64,000 nucleotides of DNA from Bacteroidota bacterium (GTDB taxonomy: Bacteria; Bacteroidota; Ignavibacteria; Kapaibacteriales; Kapaibacteriaceae). The stretch spans positions 85,610 to 149,609 of the forward strand of contig JBDKEN010000001.1 of NCBI GenBank assembly GCA_039795225.1, in the 5' to 3' direction. The position numbers were made by a program, and so were the translations under genes. Position 1 is the stretch's first letter. The number at the start of each line of letters is the position of its first letter. Below the pieces are notes generated by a model, which had not been told where the DNA came from, did not search any database, and saw only the letters and a list, made by a program, of their open reading frames with translations. Positions 27,375-35,600 of the stretch are shown in pieces.

Positions 27375-27567
27375 CCAATGTTTCATGGATTAGGAATCTG
27401 CAGATTTCACAGATTCGGCGAGCTAGATGGTCGTCGATCTCGCGATGACGTGGCACAGCGCTCTTGCGCTTGCCCGTACTGTTGACCCAGATGGAATGAC
27501 GACCTCCCTCCCGAAGTAATCGGCATCCATGTGATTCAAGGTGCGCGACCAGGTCGCGCAGTTTCAC
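27334..27567 (-). CDS. hicA: HicA-family toxin, with a possibly frameshifted 3' end
   Basis: The GTG start at 27567 overlaps the hicB stop (GTGA). MKLRDLVAHLESHGCRLLREGGRHSIWVN..VPRHREI matches HicA, including the conserved His. The last ~24 aa are atypical and overlap the polymerase gene by 41 nt. An alternative frame gives ..NLQIPNP* ending at 27383. Confidence 0.8.
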   Translation of the reverse strand: MKLRDLVAHLESHGCRLLREGGRHSIWVNSTGKRKSAVPRHREIDDHLARRICEICRFLIHETLVTHHHPLPHPECG

Positions 27568-27776
27568 AGTGCTATTGCATACTCCTCAAACTCGGCCCCA
27601 GCCTCACGACGAGACTGCTCCCGATTGAGTTCGATGACCTCTGCGAGAGTGACGCGGAGCGTATCAAGGAGATCTTCCTTCGTCGACTCCTGGCAGTTAA
27701 CGCCTGGAATCTCTTCGATCCAGCCTATCCACCACTCTCCACTGCGCTTGATGACCGCAGTATAGACTTGCGACAT
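27564..27776 (-). CDS. hicB: HicB-family antitoxin (short form)
   Basis: MSQVYTAVIKRSGEWWIGWIEEIPGVNCQESTKEDLLDTL matches the HicB/UPF0150 N-terminal fold. Alternative starts lie at 27788 and 27812. It is only ~70 aa, and no C-terminal DNA-binding domain is evident. Confidence 0.75.
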   Translation of the reverse strand: MSQVYTAVIKRSGEWWIGWIEEIPGVNCQESTKEDLLDTLRVTLAEVIELNREQSRREAGAEFEEYAIAL

Positions 27777-27931
27777 GATTCTATCCATGTTGTTTGCTCC
27801 AGTAAGATACAATGAAACAATTGTGCCTCATGACTGACGATGAGTCTACTCGCGAAAGGGTCTCGAGAGAACTCACAGTGAATGTGCATTCATGGCATAA
27901 AAACGTGACATTGTGATGCGCCCTTTGCCCC

Positions 27932-28708
27932 CTACCTCTTCTCCGCAACCATGCGTCCAACGCGCACGACGATGCTGCGAGGCGTAAAGCGAAGGAGCAT
28001 GATCGTGATCCGGTTCAGAAGGCCATGAACGGCAACAGTCTTGCCGCGTAGCATGGCGTTGTACCCAAAGCGAGCAACCTCGGCTGAGGTGGCCATCAGA
28101 CGCGCATCAGCCATACGTGCCTGATGCATGGCGGCAACATCCTGGAAGCCAGACGTTGTCGGACCCGGACAAAGTGTTGTGACGGTGACTCCCCTGTCGG
28201 ATACTTCATTGTTGAGTGCTTCAGAAAAGCTCAGCACATAAGCCTTCGTTGCGCTGTACTGGGCAAACAATGGAACGGGCTGAAACGACGCCGTGGAGGC
28301 AACATTCATGATCCGTCCGGAGCGGCGGCGCAGCATGTCCACGACAAACAGACGTGTTAATGTAGTGAGCGTCACAACGTTCAGTTCGAGCATTTCAAGA
28401 CCACGCTCAACATCGCTTTCTTCAAAGAGACCATACTGACCAAACCCGGCGTTGTTGATGAGAATATCAACCGTCAGCCCCTTGGTAGCAACAGCATCAT
28501 AGAGCGCCTGAGCACTACCGCGGCTTGCCAGATCCATGCCGATGACATACACCTTCACGCCGTACGTCGACTCCCACGCCGACTGATACTCACGGAGTTT
28601 ATCTTCACGGCGTGCAACGAGGATCACATCCCCACCTCTTCGCACGTGCTCAAGAGCAAGCTCGTATCCAATTCCTCCGGATGCGCCGGTGATGAGGGCT
28701 GTAGACAT
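27932..28708 (-). CDS. Short-chain dehydrogenase/reductase (SDR)
   Basis: 258 aa with TGASGGIG, NNAG and YSATK motifs. Confidence 0.9.
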   Translation of the reverse strand: MSTALITGASGGIGYELALEHVRRGGDVILVARREDKLREYQSAWESTYGVKVYVIGMDLASRGSAQALYDAVATKGLTVDILINNAGFGQYGLFEESDVERGLEMLELNVVTLTTLTRLFVVDMLRRRSGRIMNVASTASFQPVPLFAQYSATKAYVLSFSEALNNEVSDRGVTVTTLCPGPTTSGFQDVAAMHQARMADARLMATSAEVARFGYNAMLRGKTVAVHGLLNRITIMLLRFTPRSIVVRVGRMVAEKR

Positions 28709-28743
28709 TAATTCTCTCCGTTGTCGTGAACGTGTAAGGGGGC

Positions 28744-30501
28744 TTAGCGGACGGGCACCATCGACGTGCGGTGGTGATTGGTGCGGTCCATTGAGTTGTG
28801 CGGGTGGTTTTTCACATACGGCTGCACAAACCGGTAGTCTTCGTCGTTCAGGATCAGCAGCATCGGCGCATTGTCGATGGCGATCTGTTCGGCCTTGCGA
28901 TACAACGTCATCCGCTCGGCCCGGTTCGTCGTTGAGATCGCCTGCTCAAAGAGCCGATCGAACTCGGCACTGCGGAACCGCGTGGAGTTGATTGGTGAAT
29001 CCTCGTTATCCGACGGAACGAGCTTGCCATAATAGAGATTCAGGAACGACTCCGGGTCGGGATAGTCCGCCACCCAGCCGAGACGGAAGAACGGCGCCTT
29101 GCCCTTATCGATGTCCGTTAAATGCTGTGCGAATTCCACCTGCTGCAACTTGACGCTGATGTTGAGATGCTCCTTGAGCATACCCTGAATCGCCTCGGCG
29201 ATGGAGACGTTACGTCCGCCCCCTGCATTGAGCTGCAAGGTAATCTCCGGAAATCCAGCACCATTGGGGAAGCCGGCTTCAGCAAGAAGCTCACGAGCAC
29301 GTGTAGGGTTGAACGAATAACCACTGACGCTGTCCGAGCGGTAGTCGGGCATGGACGGTGGCACGAGTCCGTGGTGGGCCGGACCCGCGGCCTGACCCTT
29401 GAGAACGTACCGAATGATACGATTGCGGTCGACGGCGAAGTTGATGGCCCGACGCACCCGCGCATCGCGGAAGACGTCCTTGGTGGTGACCATGCCATAG
29501 AACTGCGTTGACAACGCGGTCTTGTGCAGGAGCTGAAACCGCGACCATTTGCCCTTGGGATTCTTGTTTTCATCAACGATGTCGGCAAAGAACTCATTCG
29601 GAATGCGGTAGCTCTCCTCAAGATTGCCCGCGGCAAACTCCAGAAGCTGCAGCTTATCGTCCTTGATAAACGAAAAGCGAATACCATCGAGATACGGCAG
29701 CCTGTTGCCGTGCTCGTCCACGTCCCAGTATGTTGGGTTGCGTTTCACAACGAGGTCACGGTCAGGTGTCCACGATACAAACCGAAACGGTCCCGATCCG
29801 ACGGGATGTTGGAAGAAGTCCTTGCCGTAATACTCCACAGCCTCACGCGGGACGATACCCATGGATGTCTGCGTGACGGTGTATTCGAACGGGGCGAAGG
29901 GCTTCACCAGTCGGATGACAAACGTCGTATCGTCAGGTGCCTCAAATCCCTGCACACCTCGAACGCGTGGTGTTTGCCCCGTGCGCGCAGCCTCTTGTGT
30001 GGCGCGATAATAGGCAGTTGCGCCAATGACCTTGTCACGGAAATAGGAATCATTGCGTGACTGCGAACGCACATCACAAATGCGCGTAAAACTGTAGAGC
30101 ACGTCCCGAGCGGTGACTCGTCGCCCCCTACCATTCGGGAAGCATGGATCATCATGAAACACCGCGTTTGAGCGCAGGATGTAGGTATACGTCAGTCCAT
30201 CATCGGAGACGAACCAGCGCCTGGCCAGACCTGGCACCATGTTCAGGTCTGTATCGAAATGCACGAGCTGATCAAAGATGTTAATCGACACATGTGACGA
30301 TGTCACATCATTGATCTGCGCTGGATCCAGCGTGCGGATTTCACCCGTTTCATTCTGTCGGTAGATCCCGCCGTAATATAGTCCTCCCTGAGCAGAGCGC
30401 AGCGTTCCCTCCGGAGCACCGGGTTTGGTGCATCCAACAGCAAGGAGGACGGCGGCAAGGAAAAAGCAGAGGAAGGGGCGCACAACGATCATGGAGCACA
30501 A
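28744..30501 (-). CDS. ABC-type peptide/nickel solute-binding lipoprotein (family 5, OppA/DppA-like)
   Basis: 585 aa with a lipoprotein signal (FLAAVLLAVGC) and full-length family-5 SBP-like composition and motifs. No permease or ATPase genes are adjacent. Confidence 0.88.
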   Translation of the reverse strand: MCSMIVVRPFLCFFLAAVLLAVGCTKPGAPEGTLRSAQGGLYYGGIYRQNETGEIRTLDPAQINDVTSSHVSINIFDQLVHFDTDLNMVPGLARRWFVSDDGLTYTYILRSNAVFHDDPCFPNGRGRRVTARDVLYSFTRICDVRSQSRNDSYFRDKVIGATAYYRATQEAARTGQTPRVRGVQGFEAPDDTTFVIRLVKPFAPFEYTVTQTSMGIVPREAVEYYGKDFFQHPVGSGPFRFVSWTPDRDLVVKRNPTYWDVDEHGNRLPYLDGIRFSFIKDDKLQLLEFAAGNLEESYRIPNEFFADIVDENKNPKGKWSRFQLLHKTALSTQFYGMVTTKDVFRDARVRRAINFAVDRNRIIRYVLKGQAAGPAHHGLVPPSMPDYRSDSVSGYSFNPTRARELLAEAGFPNGAGFPEITLQLNAGGGRNVSIAEAIQGMLKEHLNISVKLQQVEFAQHLTDIDKGKAPFFRLGWVADYPDPESFLNLYYGKLVPSDNEDSPINSTRFRSAEFDRLFEQAISTTNRAERMTLYRKAEQIAIDNAPMLLILNDEDYRFVQPYVKNHPHNSMDRTNHHRTSMVPVR

Positions 30502-30506
30502 TACGG

Positions 30507-32672
30507 TTAGCGGAGCGGTGTGACGAGCTCGATCTGAACCGTACGAGAATACGAACGCCCTTCGGGAGTATCATTCTCAAAGATCAATCGATCAGAACCA
30601 ACAGGTTCGAGGGTGACGCGATCATCGGACAGGCCCAGCACCTTCTGCACTTCAAGACAGCGCTTGCGTGCAAGAGTTCGATTGTACTCCGGATTACCGG
30701 TCTTATCTGCATAGCCAACGATGCGTACACGCGAGTCCGGCTGAATACGAGCTTTAACCCGTTCCATCGTGCGCTGATTCGCAGGATTCAACTGCGCGCT
30801 GTTAAAGTCGAACACGATGAGCGAGTATCTCTCAACAATCTTACCTTCCTCTTGTCGAGCTCGAATGGTCTGAAGTGTGACGTACTCTACCGCAACAGTG
30901 TCGAAGGCTTCTACGGCAGCCCCTTGATCGTTCCGAACTCGAATGCGCGCAATGATAGGGTCATCCTTCCGCGGACGGGCTGTGGCCTTTGCGGGATCCC
31001 ATGTAACCTGCTCGGGGGGGCCATCGCCCTTCGCCGTGTAGAGAAGTCGTCCTGCCTGCTCAAGGACCAACGTCCAGCTGGCAATATCATCTTCCTCTCG
31101 CAACGCCGATCCAATTCCAATCGTCGGTGGAGTGACGATCAAATCCTTGTCACGGAATTCAATTGGCTCCAGGATTGCAGGTGTTGATGCTGTGATTTCG
31201 ACGCGTTGATTTTCAGCGCGACCCTCGGGCGTGGCTGAATTGGCTGGCTGCTCGGGAAGCAAGCCACCTCTTGTTTTGATACGGACCGGATCGATACTCC
31301 ACACCGATGTGAGATATGTTTTGACAGATTCGGCGCGATTGCGCGACAACTCGCGGCTGCCCGCCTCGGGTCCCACATTGCTACCGTATCCAGTGATGAC
31401 GATGGTCGCCGTTGGATCAACTATCAACCGTTGAGCAATGATGTTCAACAGATTCGCATACACACCTATCTGGTCGCGTGAGAGCATCGATGTCGAAAAG
31501 GTGGATACATCCGTCGGCGTGAGCAGCCGTTGCTTCGTCTTTGTGAGATCGGCACTGCCCTCCGGAAAGAAGAGCTGCGGAAGCATCGGATAATTTTCGA
31601 TGACATCAAGTTCCTCGACACGCATCCGTGTGAGATCACGCGCCGTGTCTGCCGAGCCCCCTGCCATGATCTGCACACGTAAGCCCGGATCAAATGGAGC
31701 AGGCAGTTCACGTCGATACCGTTCGTTAATCGTCGTCGTAACGTATACCGTATCACCTTCTCGGCGTGTAGCATCATCAGAACTCGTCTCGACGAGCTCT
31801 ATCCGCGGCTCGTTGATGCCTCGTCGCACAAGCACGGAGGTATCACGCCGATACGTTGTGTCGCGAATCAGGATGGCATCAGTTGGACGGTACATACCGA
31901 AGCGAACACTGACACCGAACTGAATGGCATGCACCGACCAAGGGACATCGGAAACGGTGCTAAGGGGCAATGCATAGCGCAGTTCCGGCGAAACCGTGTA
32001 GGAATTTGTCCGTACCAGATCGTAGCGCAGTCCTGCAATGGCATGAAACTGCTGCACGACAGGGAGAGGGATCGGTCCTTCCGACTGATTCCGTATCGTC
32101 GACCCATTCAGGAAAACGTACCCTTCCGGTTCGACGAGCGTTTCCTTCTGCATGAATGATGTTCCCCCCATGATACCGATGCGTATTCCCGCCTGGATTG
32201 TCAGCCGGTCCAACGGAGAGGTCAACACGGAGGGCTCAATCGTAAACAATGGGATCGACGATGTGAAGTCATGCCGGACAAGCACGTCGCGTCGGCGCGG
32301 AGCTGGACCCAGTCCATCCTCGAGTACCGGCTCGTTTCCGATCTTCTCTTCCCGTGTAAAATCACCCGACAGCGACGTATATCCCAGACGCGCCTCAAAC
32401 CTTAGACCATGCTTCCATGGAAACTCACCAAGCAGACCAAATGATGCGGAGGTTGAGGCACTACCGGAAAAGGAAGAACAGCACGACAGTATGCCGGGCA
32501 GTGCACCAAAGTCAACGTCGTGTATCGACTGCACACCGTGGATGTACCCACCCAGACGGTATTTCAGGATCATGGTCTGTCGCGTACTGTCATCCACGTA
32601 CATCTCCTGCGATTGTCCAGCGACGAACGTCAGGAACAGAACCAACATCATGATCGAGACACTGCGATTCAT
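30507..32672 (-). CDS. Outer-membrane protein: N-terminal beta-strand-rich domain plus two OmpA_C-like domains (paralog of 16826-18775)
   Basis: ATG at 32672 (MNRSVSIMMLVLFLTFVAGQSQ) lies 4 nt after the giant gene's stop. Motifs are shared with the other copy: NQRVEITAS vs NRRVEITSS, VERYSLIVFDFNSAQL vs IERFELVVFPFRSAEL, VGYADKTGNPEYNRTLARKR vs VEGYTDIIGTTEDNDRISLERA. Confidence 0.85.
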   Translation of the reverse strand: MNRSVSIMMLVLFLTFVAGQSQEMYVDDSTRQTMILKYRLGGYIHGVQSIHDVDFGALPGILSCCSSFSGSASTSASFGLLGEFPWKHGLRFEARLGYTSLSGDFTREEKIGNEPVLEDGLGPAPRRRDVLVRHDFTSSIPLFTIEPSVLTSPLDRLTIQAGIRIGIMGGTSFMQKETLVEPEGYVFLNGSTIRNQSEGPIPLPVVQQFHAIAGLRYDLVRTNSYTVSPELRYALPLSTVSDVPWSVHAIQFGVSVRFGMYRPTDAILIRDTTYRRDTSVLVRRGINEPRIELVETSSDDATRREGDTVYVTTTINERYRRELPAPFDPGLRVQIMAGGSADTARDLTRMRVEELDVIENYPMLPQLFFPEGSADLTKTKQRLLTPTDVSTFSTSMLSRDQIGVYANLLNIIAQRLIVDPTATIVITGYGSNVGPEAGSRELSRNRAESVKTYLTSVWSIDPVRIKTRGGLLPEQPANSATPEGRAENQRVEITASTPAILEPIEFRDKDLIVTPPTIGIGSALREEDDIASWTLVLEQAGRLLYTAKGDGPPEQVTWDPAKATARPRKDDPIIARIRVRNDQGAAVEAFDTVAVEYVTLQTIRARQEEGKIVERYSLIVFDFNSAQLNPANQRTMERVKARIQPDSRVRIVGYADKTGNPEYNRTLARKRCLEVQKVLGLSDDRVTLEPVGSDRLIFENDTPEGRSYSRTVQIELVTPLR

Positions 32673-32676
32673 TGAG

Positions 32677-35600
32677 TTACCGCACGATCGAAAGTGGAAG
32701 GACACGTCGACGAGAAGGCGTTTCCAGAATGAGCTGATAGACGCCGGAGACAAGAGCTTCAAAGGGCAGAGCATGCTGGCGAACAGGATTCGTTGAATCA
32801 TGTTCCCATTGCGCGATGCTCACCAATCCCCCATCAAGACTTAGCAGGATCAACCGATGTATGCCCCGCTCATAGGTTTCAGTGGTGATCTGACTCCAAC
32901 TTCCAACAGGATTAGGATGGACCTCTACACGCAGGCGGCCAGCGCGCGTGATCAGGCGCTTGCCCCCAGCTTCACACAACGTCGTTACGAGCGATCCATC
33001 ATTGGTTGTGAATCGCGCCGTTACATTCGGAGCACGCATCGTTGCACGCTCGAACTCGAGTGTCGTCGAGTCAACCGGTCCGATGGTTACATCGCCAATA
33101 AGTTCGGCAATCACGCTTCCACCGGAAGCAATTGACGCATTGTTGATGTCGAGATCAACAACCGTGAAGCCCCCTACGGTTTCATGCCGATGGATTACCC
33201 CACCGACCACCTCTCGCAGGGCAAACATCGACGAGACGTAGCGGATCCGCATTGAGAAGGACACACTGTCAAGCTGCGTTGCCTCGCCCGAGACGGCCGC
33301 CGAGATCGGGATTCGTGCATCACGTTGCGTTGGCAGCTCAACAAGATCCGGCAACGATGCAATGACGTCGACGATCACAACCCCTGTTCCGCTGAGCGCG
33401 AGCACTCGCGTCTCGGGGCATGGCTGATCAATCGTGATGATGACACCATCTGAATATGCATCCTGACGCTTGGGAGAAAAGTCAACGATGACCTCAAACG
33501 TCCCACCCGGAGGAATCGTCATTGGCGTTGTGGGATTTGAACGGACCCGAAAAGCACTCGTGGGCCCACTTGCTAGCGAAACGGAACTTATGGCAAGGGG
33601 CTCAGTACCCATATTGCTGAACACAAGACTCTGCGTACTGATCGATGTAATGCTTACACGTCCAAACACGATACTGGAAGGGTTCAGCGATAACGAGGTC
33701 CGACGCTCGCCTTTGACCTCGCAGATAACCGGCACCAGCACATCATTGATCTTTGCAAGAATTGTCACATCGGCGATCTTGATGCCATCAGCTGCAGCCG
33801 ATGGATCGAACTCCACGCGAAGCACACGCTGCTCACCCGGAGCAAGCGTCTGCGCACGAACCACTTCAGGGTTCAGCAAACGAAATGCAGCTGCATCAGC
33901 TCCGCTGATTCCTACCACGTCGATGAGCTGAATCGGGAACGCACCACTGTTGACGTAAATGACACTGTCGATGCGCTTTGCACACTCGCTGACGATCCCA
34001 AAATTGAGTTTTTGGCTTGCGCTCAGCTGATCGATTCCACCACGAGCTCGAACGATTACCGAGATCGTATCGACGCATGGCTCATCAATGGCCAAGAGCA
34101 CTGTGTCCTGCACATCTTCCTCTGCCCCGCAGAGATACGTATATGTAATGTCCCGCGTCTGGCCTGGGTCGATTCGTATCTGCGAAGGATTTACTCCAAC
34201 ACGTCCACCGCCGTTGACTAGGGTAGCAACGATATGGATCGCAAGCAGCGTCGGGTTGGTATAGGAAAACGACACGCTGCGGGACGAACCAACGCGCACT
34301 GACCCCAAATCCACAACGCGTGGTCCTAGCAGCTCGACCGATGTTCGCTGACCATTGAGGTTGACGCTGATAGTGCCGATCGTCTGATCATCTGTTCGAA
34401 CAGCGAAGACGGCCGACTTGACACCATCGGGACCTTGACTTCCGCGAAACTGAATGGCATACGTCAACGAGGCACCGGGCCGCAAGGACGTGTCTTGTTG
34501 TGCACCACCGGACCAGGTGAACGACGAGGCGTTGACGCCATTGATAACCGGTGGATACAGCAGTGTGAATGTTGTCTTGCCGTTATTCGTAATCGTTACT
34601 TGCTGTTGGGCACTGTCACATGCAGCCACTGGTGAATACGTTAGCGATGTGGACGAGAGGCCGATGTCTGAGGTGATACCAGTTCCTGCGAGAAGAATCT
34701 CCGCACTATCAGAACAGCTCACCAGCGACGAATCCGCAAGAATCTGCATCTGCGTAGCTGAGCGTCCAACAACAGTGGGCGTGAAGGCAACGACGATAAT
34801 GATAGATGAGCCAGGCGATATTCTTGCTGGCAGAGGGGGCGTGATAGAGACGATGCTGAACGGGGCCGGAAGCACTGGACGTGTTGTAATGTCGAGGTCA
34901 CTCGTTCCCGTGTTTCGCAATTCGAAGACCGATTCGCGCCGATCGCCAAGTCGAACATCACCGAACTGCCCATTGCCAATGACATTTATCTGCGACTCTA
35001 CGCCGATATGGCGAAGAAAGATCGTATCGAGTTCATCACATTCCCGAAAGCGGACAAGGATGGGCACGACCTGCGCTCCGACGCGCTTCGCTGAGAAGGT
35101 AAGGGCTATCTGTGTGAAGCTGATAGAATCCCGGAGTGTGATTGGTACCCCTCCGGTGACACTCATCACAGCTGGACTTGCGGAGGTAAACGAGACAATC
35201 GTAAGCACCGGTCGTCCCGTCTTCCTGATCGTAACTTGCTCGGCAAGTGGACGTCCGATACACACGCGACCAATGTCTAATGTGTCGCGTCGCAGTCCGC
35301 GCCAGAAGTAGTTGACCATCGTCGGCGTTGCATCGGCAGTGAGCTTTACGATACGCGTGTACGTATCGTTGTAATTGATGCGCAACTCTGAACGCTGAAT
35401 ACCCGTCTGGCCGGGCTGAACTTGGTACGAGACGATAAATGTGGCTGTTTCGAAAGGGGCCAGCACAAGTGGAAAAGTCGGCTGCTGATCAATAGCAAAT
35501 CCAGCCAAGGGTCCAATCTGCGAACCGGTCAATCGCACAGGATCCGGTCCAGGATTTCGAACAATGATCGTGTCGCGCACGGCACCACCCGGACACTGTG

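Noticed and set aside
32152-35311. Long + strand ORFs (214 and 285 aa and smaller) inside the giant and OmpA-like genes
   Set aside because: Shadow ORFs opposite uninterrupted 722- and 1589-codon frames that have clear domain repeats.
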